Positions 1-9,249 of a stretch of DNA of 64,000 nt are shown piece by piece. Each line of letters starts with the position of its first letter. The stretch's first letter is position 1. The notes under the pieces were generated by a model. That model ran no database searches and was not told the DNA's origin. It saw nothing but the letters and a program-made list of their open reading frames with translations. Position numbers and translations under genes: made by a program. The DNA is taken from positions 186,001-250,000 of the forward strand of contig CAKKNE010000004.1 in the NCBI GenBank assembly GCA_918797485.1. Direction: 5' to 3'. The DNA comes from Pelagomonas calceolata (taxonomy: Eukaryota).

Positions 1-262
1 CGCATGCGTCTGCGACGTGGCGAGTGGCGACGACGGCGGCGTGAGCGTGGCGTTTGTCGACGGCGCGTATAGCTTTTCGGAGACGGAGCGCGAGTCGCAG
101 CGCCTCTCCGTCGTCCCCGAACTAGTGAATGGCCGGCGCGTCACGCTGCACGCCAACTACGCGCCGCCTCCGAACTTTGGCCACGCGGCTGTAGAGTTGA
201 GGGGAGACGGCGCCGATTGCCGGCGCTGGTTGACGGGGAAGCTATCGCTTTTTGTTGAGTAA
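1..262 (+). CDS. 3' end of a hypothetical protein (partial, runs off the window)
   Basis: GC-rich open frame ending at TAA 260-262, followed by an AT-rich tail. Confidence 0.5.
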   Translation, partial: ACVCDVASGDDGGVSVAFVDGAYSFSETERESQRLSVVPELVNGRRVTLHANYAPPPNFGHAAVELRGDGADCRRWLTGKLSLFVE

Positions 263-464
263 TTGTATTTCTGTTGTAATTAGATCCACAATGATGTACT
301 TTCCCTGAGCGTGGCTAGTGTCTTTACAGGTCGCTAGCGCGGATTTCACGATTAGGGCCATTCGTTTTTTGGGGCCAGGTCTCGCCTCATACGTGGGCTT
401 CAGTGCTCACAGCAACGCAAACTGCGCTTATTTAGATACCCTGCTCATACCTCAGCCGCAAAAG

Positions 465-2498
465 ATGGCTCAGTACCACGTAGCCGTCGTGCTAGACACG
501 GGTGCTGCCACAGCCATGCGATTGACAGATGCGGAAAGCGTGGCCAAACGCCTGCTGACGCGTTTTGCTGACGCGGGCCTCGAGACGGCACGCGTCAGTG
601 GCGCTGATGACCGCTCGGTCATTCTCGTGCGCCTCCCCGACGCCGAGGCCGCACGCGTCGCTGAGGCGTACGGTGCTACGGCACCAATCGATGCCGCAGC
701 CCTCCAGCGGCGCGCGGCGGCGAGCAGCACGTATTTCTGCGGCGACGCGTCTCTCGGCAAGACGCGGGGAGAACGGGGCTCGTGCCGCCGACTCCTCGGA
801 TCTATCTTCGGTTTCGGCGGCGGCAAGGGCGCACGCAATCCGTACGCCTTTCTACACGCCCCCTACAAGGCTGCGCTCGCACCGCTCCTCGCGAGCGACG
901 CGCTCGAAGACCCGCTGCGCGTGGCGCTCGCCTGGCGCGCGGCCGGCGCCGCGGCGGCGGTCGACGAAGGCAACGGTGCGCCGTGGGCAGGCCTGCCTTC
1001 GCTCGTCGCTCGCGGAGATGCCGTCGCAGCGTTCCCGCTGCACGACGAGGGACGGCGCGCGGCCTTGGCGGAGGCGGCGAAGGACGGCGTGCACACCGTG
1101 TGGAGCCGCTCCTACGGGCGCTTCGCGGAGCGGGACCTCGCGCGGTATTTTGGCTCGAGCGTCGCCTTTTACTTCTGCTGGCTCAGCCACTACGCGAGCT
1201 GGCTGCGCTACCTCGCCGCGGCGGGCCTGGCCCTGGTCGGCGTCGTCGCGTGCGCGCCGGCGGGCCCCGTGATCGCGTTCGCGCGGCTCGGAGCGGCCGC
1301 ATTCATGGCGGTATGGTGCGCGCTCCTCTGCCGGTCGTGGCACGCGCGCGAAGGTCGGCTCGCTCTACGCTGGGGCACGCTGGCGGCGGCGAAGCTCCGC
1401 GGCGTGCGGCCGCGCGCGACGCGAGCGGCGTTTCGCGGTGCCGCCGGCGCGCTCGACCCGGTCACCGGCCGCGCCGATCGGTCCTACTTCCCGGCCTCGG
1501 TACGCGCCCGGCGGCGCTTCGTCTCGCGGATCCGCCTCGCGTTTGACGTGTTGATCGCGCTATTGAACGTCGTATTCTGGAAGGCCGTGCACGTGCGCCT
1601 TCGCGCCGCTGGTCTGCCCGGAGTTATTGCCACGGTCGGAAACGCCGTCGCCGTTTTCTTCCTGAATGAACGAGCCATGGACACGGCGACGAGGCGCGCC
1701 GACGCGGAGAACCACGCCCTCGACGCCGACTACGACAGCGCCATCTTCGAGTACGTGCTGGCGTTTCGCGTGATCAACTCGTACGCCCAGATCTTCTATG
1801 TCGCGTTCGTCCAGCGCGCGCTCGAGGGCGGTTGCGGCCACCGCGACTGCTTCGCGGCCGTGGGCCACACGGCGGTCGTCTTCTTCGCCGTGCAGCTGAC
1901 GCTCGGGAATTTCCTCGAGCTCGGCCCGGCGACACGCGCGGCTGCGGCGGCGGCAGCGGCAGCGCCGAGCGGCGACGCCGCAGCCACCGCGGCTCGGCAA
2001 TACGCGCTCGCGGAGTCGCCGGACGTCGACACGCTCGACGATTATTTAGAGCTTACCATCCAGTTCGGCTACTGCGTATTGTTCTTCGTGGCCGCGCCGG
2101 TGGCGCCATTCCTCGCGTTGCTGAGCAACGTGCTCGAGGCCAAGGTCGATCTGCTCAAGCGAGTCGCGAAGCGCCGACCGGTTCCGACCTTAGATGCGAC
2201 GACGATTCAGAGTTATACCAGTGCGTGCCTGGCGCTTGGCGCCGCCGCCGTCCTCACGAACGCGGCGCTACTCCTTTACGTCGCACCGGGTGGCCGAGAC
2301 GTTCTGAACTCGCAGCCGCGCGCCGTCGCCATCGTCCTCGCCTCCATGGTTGCCGTCGCTCGCTTCGCGTACGCCGGCCGCGGCAAGCTGCCCGGCGACG
2401 TCGAGCTCCAGCTCCAACGCAACGAGTACGTCCTCTCCACGGACGCGAAATTGCTGTCGCCGGTCGAGCGCGCGGCGCCCGGGCGCGGGGAGCCTTGA
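465..2498 (+). CDS. Anoctamin/TMEM16-family Ca-activated channel or scramblase
   Basis: Motifs AFPLHD, YFGSSVAFYFCWL, ENH...YD, DYLELTIQFGY, PVAPFLALLSNVLEAKVD; first ATG at 465. Confidence 0.9.
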   Translation: MAQYHVAVVLDTGAATAMRLTDAESVAKRLLTRFADAGLETARVSGADDRSVILVRLPDAEAARVAEAYGATAPIDAAALQRRAAASSTYFCGDASLGKTRGERGSCRRLLGSIFGFGGGKGARNPYAFLHAPYKAALAPLLASDALEDPLRVALAWRAAGAAAAVDEGNGAPWAGLPSLVARGDAVAAFPLHDEGRRAALAEAAKDGVHTVWSRSYGRFAERDLARYFGSSVAFYFCWLSHYASWLRYLAAAGLALVGVVACAPAGPVIAFARLGAAAFMAVWCALLCRSWHAREGRLALRWGTLAAAKLRGVRPRATRAAFRGAAGALDPVTGRADRSYFPASVRARRRFVSRIRLAFDVLIALLNVVFWKAVHVRLRAAGLPGVIATVGNAVAVFFLNERAMDTATRRADAENHALDADYDSAIFEYVLAFRVINSYAQIFYVAFVQRALEGGCGHRDCFAAVGHTAVVFFAVQLTLGNFLELGPATRAAAAAAAAAPSGDAAATAARQYALAESPDVDTLDDYLELTIQFGYCVLFFVAAPVAPFLALLSNVLEAKVDLLKRVAKRRPVPTLDATTIQSYTSACLALGAAAVLTNAALLLYVAPGGRDVLNSQPRAVAIVLASMVAVARFAYAGRGKLPGDVELQLQRNEYVLSTDAKLLSPVERAAPGRGEP

Positions 2499-2704
2499 TG
2501 TGTTATAAGTGACTGATGGTACTATCATGGCAGCGGCGGCGCCGTCGTGGGCACCTGCGATGTCGATAGGGCGTCCGTGCGGCGCGCGTACGAAAGGGAA
2601 GGCTTCGTGTTCGTCGAATTGGAGCCGCGCTTCTTAGACGATGGTGACGGCGTGCTGGCGGCGCGGATGGGCGAGGTAGCCCTGGATGTGTAAGTTTAGT
2701 AATC

Positions 2705-4030
2705 TTATAATTCGAACTTTCGGACCTCCGCCAGGAAGTCCTGGCACATGGCCTTGAGGTCGTGGTTGGGGGTAAGGAACGTGTGGGGCAGCTCCTCGTT
2801 CGTTTTCGGCGACGTGCGCTTGCCCCGGGCGAACCAGGTCGCGATCTCGCGCCGTTCGTACGAGAAGCCGTCCGCGGCCATCACGGGGTCCTCGTAAATC
2901 TCCAGACTGAGCGGACAGACCAACCCGTCCGGAATACCACGCTCGGTCAATAGGCCCTTCAGTCGCCGGAGCTCCTCCTGGTGCGCCGTGAGGGACGTCT
3001 CGAGCGCTGCCGCGCGGGCCGCAGCGGCGGCGGCGTCGTCGAGAATCTCGTCGACGAGGACTTTCCCGGGCGGCGGCGGCGGCGCGGCGACCTCCGGCGA
3101 TTTCGATTCTTCGAACGCGAGCGGCGCGATATCGGGCAAGTCGTTCTTCTCCTCGTCGGCCACAGCAGCACCGCGCCGCTTCTTCTTCTTTTTCCTTCTT
3201 CTAGCCTGCTTTTTGGCCCGCGCCGCCGCTTCCTCCTCTTCCTCGCGTAGAAGTGCCGCCGCCGCTCGCTCTGCCGCTTCCTCCTTCTCCCGACTGTTCG
3301 CGGCGGGCGCCGGCGCGGGACTGGCGTTTTTCTCCGGCGTGCCGTCGGGCGTGACGGTTGCGCTGGCGCCACCGACGGCCCGGGATTCAAGCAGCGCGAC
3401 GATGGCAGAGTGGCCCAGATATTCTGCCATGGACAGAGGCGTCACGCCGTTCAACGTCGCCCGATCGACGTCGGCGCCTTTGTTCAGCAATAACCGCACC
3501 TTGTCGACGTGGCCCTCCTGGCATGCGATGTACAGCGGCGTCATACCGTCCTTTTCCGCCCGATCGACCTCCGCGCCTTTCTCCAGCAACAGCCGAGCCG
3601 CGTCGATGTGGCCCTTCCAGCAGGCAACGAGCAATGGCGTCCAGCCGTCCTCCGTCGCCCGATCGACCTCCGCGCCGTTGTCCAGCAGCAGTCGCGCCGC
3701 GTCGATCTGGCCAACCAGGCAGGCGATATACAGCGGCGTAGAGCCGTCCTTCTTCGCCCGGTCGACCTCCGCACCGTTGTTCAGCAGCAGCCGCGCCGCG
3801 TCGACGTGGCCCTGCTGGCAGGCGATCAACAGCGGCGTCCCACCGTCCTCCGCCGCCCGATCGACATCCGCGCCTTTATCTAACAACAGCCGCGCCGCGT
3901 CGACGTGGCCGTTCAGGCAGGCGACGAGCAGCGGCGTCACGCCGTTCTTGTCCGCCCGATCGACCACCGCCGTTTGGTCCAGCAACAGCCGCAAAGCGTC
4001 CACATCGCCCTTTACACACGCGACGAACAT
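2705..4030 (-). CDS. Ankyrin-repeat + U-box E3 ubiquitin ligase
   Basis: About six 33-aa G.TPL..AC..GH repeats; C-terminal CPLSLEIYEDPVMAADGFSYER...SPKTN...PN U-box. Confidence 0.92.
   Translation of the reverse strand: MFVACVKGDVDALRLLLDQTAVVDRADKNGVTPLLVACLNGHVDAARLLLDKGADVDRAAEDGGTPLLIACQQGHVDAARLLLNNGAEVDRAKKDGSTPLYIACLVGQIDAARLLLDNGAEVDRATEDGWTPLLVACWKGHIDAARLLLEKGAEVDRAEKDGMTPLYIACQEGHVDKVRLLLNKGADVDRATLNGVTPLSMAEYLGHSAIVALLESRAVGGASATVTPDGTPEKNASPAPAPAANSREKEEAAERAAAALLREEEEEAAARAKKQARRRKKKKKRRGAAVADEEKNDLPDIAPLAFEESKSPEVAAPPPPPGKVLVDEILDDAAAAAARAAALETSLTAHQEELRRLKGLLTERGIPDGLVCPLSLEIYEDPVMAADGFSYERREIATWFARGKRTSPKTNEELPHTFLTPNHDLKAMCQDFLAEVRKFEL
3400..4030 (-). repeat. Ankyrin coding tandem repeats (99-bp period)
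   Basis: Recurring LLDKGA.VDRA..DG.TPL units. Confidence 0.9.
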
Positions 4031-4486
4031 CGCCTTCTGCGGCTGAGCCGGCGCCTGAATCAAGATGGCAGCCGAATGCTCACGGCAAGGGAGTTTTCGA
4101 GCCCGTAGACTAGCCGGGGCTGGTGCCGCTTGCTGCCGCCGCCAGAGACCTTTCGTACCTGCCGGAGCACCACTAATGGGTTGCAGCCCGCAGTCCCGTC
4201 GCGTTTTGGCTAGGCTTCTCACAAAAGCGCACATCATGCGTGTGTTCGGGTATCTCGAGCTCTGGAAGGACTCCAGGGGTATCGCCATTTAGAATTGACT
4301 CGTGAAGTGAATCGCGGCCGCGATCAAAAATCAAAACGGGTTTCTCTGACTGAGACGCCTCGACGCGACCGGTAAAAACCCCCGCGGCGGGCCGCGGCTA
4401 GGCGGCCTAGCTCTTTCAGCAAGCAAAAACACTCCGAATAGATCTCCGCCGGCGAGTTAAGCTAGATAAATCTCGATACACAAACA

Positions 4487-4972
4487 TTACGCGACGACGA
4501 CGCGCTGGTCGTCGCTCAGGCTCTCGTAGAGCTCAACCATCTTCCGCAGCTTTGTCGAGGTAAACTGCTGCGGGTTCCGCTTCCGGTCCCGCGCCATCTT
4601 CGCGAAGTCCCGGCCGTGCTTCTTCATCAACGTAGAGATATATTTCTGCTTCTCCTCGCTCATCGGGTTCCTCCTCTTATTCGTGTTCTTGTCGACGTCC
4701 ATGAGCCGCGCCGGCTGCGGCGCGTCCACGAGCCGCAGCTTCACCTCCTGCGCGACCTCGACGCGAGAAGGCGCCGCGCCCGGCACGCCCACCGCTCTAT
4801 TGGCATCGTCGCTCAGGCCCATGCGCGCGAGGTTCGCGCCCCGGCTCCGGCGCGGGTCCCAGTGCTTGGCGATCTCCGGCTCGTTGACCTGCACCTTCTT
4901 GAACAGGCGCTTCTGCTGCTTTTGCTTCGGGCCGCCGGCCGCGCGGGCGCCGCGCTTCTTGATGCGGACCAT
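4487..4972 (-). CDS. NOP16: Nucleolar protein 16-like ribosome biogenesis factor
   Basis: HWD......NLARMGL and MS....YI..LMKKHG.DF.KMARD.K.N..Q.T. Confidence 0.85.
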   Translation of the reverse strand: MVRIKKRGARAAGGPKQKQQKRLFKKVQVNEPEIAKHWDPRRSRGANLARMGLSDDANRAVGVPGAAPSRVEVAQEVKLRLVDAPQPARLMDVDKNTNKRRNPMSEEKQKYISTLMKKHGRDFAKMARDRKRNPQQFTSTKLRKMVELYESLSDDQRVVVA

Positions 4973-5463
4973 TTTTTCTTTACTGTTGTTTTTGTGCTAC
5001 TGCTGTTATCTCTGGCAGCTGTGCTGCTCGTCGGCTGGTGCTGTATTGCTGCAGCTCCTGTGCAGCTCCTGTGCAGCACTGCAGGTTCGGTCGACTGGCG
5101 TCCGGCGAGCGGGTAGCGTTGATGCGGTGCAGTGCGACTGCCGATGCGCGTCGATGCAGAGGTGTGAGAGCACCGCTGCGGCAGCGTCGCCCGTCCTCAG
5201 CTACATGCAAGGGGTACTATATGTATACTTGTACTTAGTACTTAAGTACCCCCTCCTTCATTCCTTTGAAGAGCAGCCCAGCCCTTTTAGCCTAGCCCTC
5301 GCCCTCGGGGCTCACGGCAGCGCCAGCCGTCGTCAGGAGTGCGCATTCGTGTTAGCCTGATAGCGCGCGACGAGCCATCCACCGCTTCGGCGAGACAGAG
5401 CCGACCGAGGCAGTGGTAGAGCGAGAAACTGAGCCGCGCGGCGCGCACGTCAACGACGCAAGA

Positions 5464-7023
5464 ATGTTCGCCTGCTGCACGCCCAAGGCGACGCCGCGGC
5501 AGCGCACGGCCGCGACGAGCCCGCGGCGGCCAAGCACGGCGTCGCCGCCGCGGTCCGCTCCGCTCGAAGTCGAGGTAGCAGCCCCTAGGCCGGGCCTCTG
5601 GAGCTCGCATCGCCAGCAGTCCATCGCCGAGACGCCGCGCAACGAAGGGGGCTCGTGGCAGTGGATCGACGTCGCCGAGTCGAAGACGCCGTCGCCGAGA
5701 AGACGCGACGAGTCGCCGGCGCCGTCGCCGGGCCCGTCGCACCGGTCGACCTCGACGTTTTTTAGTGGCGACGACGAGCTCGACGACACGAACTACTCGG
5801 GGAGGATCGTGAGACGGTCCACCAGTAAGGGGGACGTCGAGCTCTACCAGCCGCGGAGCCCGAAGCCTGCACCGAAGAGCGCCGACGAGTCGGAGGCCGC
5901 CGGCGATTTACGACGACTCATGCTGCGGACGAGCGAGGACGACATGGCCTTGTACTCCGAGGACGAGGACGAGGACGAAGCAATTCGGAGGAGGAGCTGG
6001 GGCGTCAGCGCGTCCTGGGGCGACGAGAGCGTGGCGGACGTGGAGCGGGCGGAGCTGGACGGGACGAACTACGACGGGCGGCCCGTGACGTCGACCTCCT
6101 TCGCGGACGTCGGCGCGTTGGAAAGGACGACGGACCACCTGTCGGGCGTGGCGAACGGCATGGGCGGCCTCTCGGCGCAGTTCGCGCGGGCGGCCGCCGC
6201 GAAGGCCCCGGAGCCCATCAATGACGACGAGGGTTTGGATAATTCGCTCCACGACAGCCGGTCCGGCGGCCAGCGGATGGATGAGAGGGGCTTCGCCCTA
6301 CTCACGAGACGGTCGTCGAGCGTGCCGACGATCGGCGGCGAGGCGCCGCCGCCGCGCGTGAACGGGCGGGTGCGGTTCGGCGAGCCGCTCGTGAAAGGGA
6401 TTGCGTGCTTCGAGCCGGCCTCGTCCAAAGAACGGGCGGCGACGTGGTACACGCGCGCCGAGTACCGTTCCATCAGAGATGCGGCGTGGTTCATCGAGTC
6501 GTTAGATGTTGTGCGGGATTTGGGTGATGACGCGCCCTCAGCACCGGCGACGGCCTTCGGCGAGAGCCGGCGGGGCTTGTGCGACGACGACACGACCAAA
6601 AAGCGCCTCGCGCGCATCCGCGCCGTGCGCTTCGCCGTGGCATCGGCGTCGCGGCACGGCCTGCCCGCGGACGTCGTCGCGCGCCTCGCAGCGACGCCGG
6701 ACGCGGCTTTACAAGCGGTCGAGCACGCGCGCGAGGACCGCGAGGCCGCGCTGGCCTGCGACGAGGCCGAGGCGGATCACGTTCCGGCCGAGCCGCCGCG
6801 CGTCGACCGCGCCGCGGTCATGAAGCTGCTCCAGGACCACCGCGGCGCCTTCGGCATCGCGCCGCTCGTGCGCAAGGACTCGTTCTCGCGGCTTGAAGAC
6901 GCGGCGTCGCAGTCGCCGCCGCCAGAGGCAACCGCCGCCGCGGCCGCGGCGGCGCGGTACCGCCACGCGCTGCGCCTGTACTCGTCGACGCGCGCGCGGT
7001 CCGCGCCGGCCGAGCGCGGCTGA
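5464..7023 (+). CDS. Hypothetical low-complexity protein
   Basis: Long ORF with coding-like bias; contains a VRF...WYT..EY segment. Confidence 0.75.
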   Translation: MFACCTPKATPRQRTAATSPRRPSTASPPRSAPLEVEVAAPRPGLWSSHRQQSIAETPRNEGGSWQWIDVAESKTPSPRRRDESPAPSPGPSHRSTSTFFSGDDELDDTNYSGRIVRRSTSKGDVELYQPRSPKPAPKSADESEAAGDLRRLMLRTSEDDMALYSEDEDEDEAIRRRSWGVSASWGDESVADVERAELDGTNYDGRPVTSTSFADVGALERTTDHLSGVANGMGGLSAQFARAAAAKAPEPINDDEGLDNSLHDSRSGGQRMDERGFALLTRRSSSVPTIGGEAPPPRVNGRVRFGEPLVKGIACFEPASSKERAATWYTRAEYRSIRDAAWFIESLDVVRDLGDDAPSAPATAFGESRRGLCDDDTTKKRLARIRAVRFAVASASRHGLPADVVARLAATPDAALQAVEHAREDREAALACDEAEADHVPAEPPRVDRAAVMKLLQDHRGAFGIAPLVRKDSFSRLEDAASQSPPPEATAAAAAAARYRHALRLYSSTRARSAPAERG

Positions 7024-7121
7024 CCAATTTATTTCCTACCTACTACGCCCGGTCTCGGGCGGTCTTTAATTCGAAGTTTGTGTTATTTTCTTCTGATGTT
7101 TACGCCCCGGGGGTGAGTCTG

Positions 7122-7820
7122 TTAGGCGTTGGTCACGCAGGCGAGGGGCTGGCCCTTCGCAAACTTGGCCAACATGCGATCCGTTCCATTCGAATAAATG
7201 GAGAGCTCGTCCTTTAACGCGACCAGTTCCATTCTCAACTCGTGATTCTCGTCCTTCGCCTTGCTCAGCAGAGCTTCCTTGGCCTTGATCTTAGCGTGTA
7301 CTTCTAGTAAGGGTTTAATATTGGTCTTGAAAAAATCTTCGAGGGCGTTGATCCTAACGTCATGGACCTTGACCTTATCACATAGCGTCTCGTTGAAATG
7401 TTCCGCAGACTTGAGCTTGGCGTCCTTGGCCTTGAGTTGTTCCTTGCACGCGGCGAGCTCGGCGGCGAGCTCCTCGTCGCGTGCTTCAATCTTCGATTCC
7501 GCGTAGAACTTGACCTTGAGCTGCGCATTGCATTTCTCGAGCCGATCCTTGTAGGCCTCGAGGAAGTACACCGTGTAGACCGTACAAGGAACGGCCCGGT
7601 CCACTTTGGACAAAATATAATCGCGTCCGGCCTCATAGACCGTCTTGATCTCGTCATCGCCCGCACGCGCAAGCGCGTTTAGGGCCATGAACAGGTCATC
7701 TTTTTGCAAGGCCCTAAAGGCGCGCAGCTTCTCGTCATCCTGGTCCATCCTCTGGTCCCACGTCAAAGCTGGCTTGGAAATCTCTTTGGCTGTGTCGGGC
7801 TTGATGTCGAGAGTCGTCAT
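7122..7820 (-). CDS. Hypothetical coiled-coil protein
   Basis: 232-aa ATG ORF, K/E/L-rich heptads. Confidence 0.75.
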   Translation of the reverse strand: MTTLDIKPDTAKEISKPALTWDQRMDQDDEKLRAFRALQKDDLFMALNALARAGDDEIKTVYEAGRDYILSKVDRAVPCTVYTVYFLEAYKDRLEKCNAQLKVKFYAESKIEARDEELAAELAACKEQLKAKDAKLKSAEHFNETLCDKVKVHDVRINALEDFFKTNIKPLLEVHAKIKAKEALLSKAKDENHELRMELVALKDELSIYSNGTDRMLAKFAKGQPLACVTNA

Positions 7821-8308
7821 TTTGTGTGGGCCTGCGTTAACATGGGGGTTGTACGGTGTCGGTCGGGACAGCGCGGGGATGGGAACTACGCGCGTGGCTG
7901 CCCCGCGGGCGCGCGGGTCGCGTGTTTTGAGATGCTCCCGGTGCTGCGCGCGACTCGGGGCAGCCCGCGCGGGCGCGTACGCGGTTTTTTTGGCGTGTGT
8001 TTTGGCTGCCTATTTTGGGGCGCGCGCGCTGCGCCTCGCGACGCGCCGCGCGTCCCGGGGCAGCCGCGGATGCGTGCGCGGGGGTGGCGCGGCGGGCTCT
8101 CGCGCGTTGTTGTCACCTGGTTACTGTTGTGTTGCTCGTGTCTATTGTCGTCGATCGAGGCTCTCAACAAACGGTGCCAGCTCTAGCTCGCCCGGCAACT
8201 CGTCTCAGGTATGCGTCAGCCTGTTCCGCCGGCCCTGCCCGGCCGGTAGAGCCCCTAACAATTTTTTTGGGAGAGCAAAGTTTAAACTAGTGCTTTTGAA
8301 CGCTAGCT
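7803..8308. repeat. Copy A of a ~500-bp inverted duplication (bidirectional promoter plus first codons)
   Basis: Reverse complement aligns to 13699-14200 over its whole length except a ~50-bp patch. Confidence 0.93.
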
Positions 8309-8372
8309 TGCTCGGCTCCGCCTCTCGAGAGCTCGGCTGCGCCTCTTTCGCACAGCAGCAGCAGTCGCATAA

Positions 8373-9188
8373 ATGCTCCTCTTCCTCCTAGCGGCGGGCC
8401 GCCGCCTCGTCGCGCCGCGGCGCAGTTGGTGCGCGGCCGTCGGCGACCTGCACCTGCACGAAGGCTGCCGCACGCTGCCGCCGATGGTCCAGGCCGACGG
8501 CACGCGCTTCGGTCTGCCGAAGGGCCTCGTGCGGCCCCCGTCCTCGGACGCACTCTGGGAGTGGTACTCGTCGACGGGCCGCGCGGCGCGCGACCCGGAC
8601 CCGTCCTGGGCCGACGTGTGGGACAGCGCGGCCTGCCTCGCCCAGCACGTGCGCGCGACGCCCGCCGACGTGCAAGACAAGCGCGTCGTCGAGCTGGGCT
8701 CTGGGCTCGGCGTGTGTGGCATCGCTGCGGCGCTCTCTGGTGCAAAATCTGTAGAGTTTGTGGATCGCGAACCGGAAGCTCTGCACTGCGCGATGGCGAC
8801 CGCCCAGCTAAACGGATGCGCCGACGTGACCGCGCGCCTTGCGACCTTCGGGGACGAAGATGGAGAGTCTCCAACGTTCGACGTCGTCCTGGCGTCGGAC
8901 GTTTTATATGATGCGCGGGATATGGAAGCGTTAGCGGAGGCTTGCAAGCGCCTGGCGCCGCGCGCTTTGATTGCGGATCCGCGGGCTGGGCGTGCGGAAG
9001 GCGCTCGCGACGCGTTCGTCGCCGCGGCGAAGGCGTCGGGTGGGAGAGTGATCGAGCGAGATCTCGCGCCAGCGCCGGAGGCGCCCGAGCCGACCATGAT
9101 GCTCGACGTGCGATGGCGACAGCCGAGCGACCAGTACGCGGACTCGCTCGGGGCGATGATCGATGGGGCGAGTTCGTGTTGCGCGTAA
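8373..9188 (+). CDS. SAM-dependent protein-lysine methyltransferase (Methyltransf_16/METTL21-like)
   Basis: WADVWDSAACLA, VVELGSGLG, FDVVLASDVLYD. Confidence 0.88.
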   Translation: MLLFLLAAGRRLVAPRRSWCAAVGDLHLHEGCRTLPPMVQADGTRFGLPKGLVRPPSSDALWEWYSSTGRAARDPDPSWADVWDSAACLAQHVRATPADVQDKRVVELGSGLGVCGIAAALSGAKSVEFVDREPEALHCAMATAQLNGCADVTARLATFGDEDGESPTFDVVLASDVLYDARDMEALAEACKRLAPRALIADPRAGRAEGARDAFVAAAKASGGRVIERDLAPAPEAPEPTMMLDVRWRQPSDQYADSLGAMIDGASSCCA

Positions 9189-9249
9189 TAAATGTTCTGT
9201 CACAAGTCACACAAGCGTCTCTTAGGTCGTGCATACAAGGGGGAACGCG

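Noticed and set aside
2523..2693. Short coding-like frame (...RAYEREGFVFVELEP...)
   Set aside because: No in-frame start; too short to assign; possibly a gene remnant
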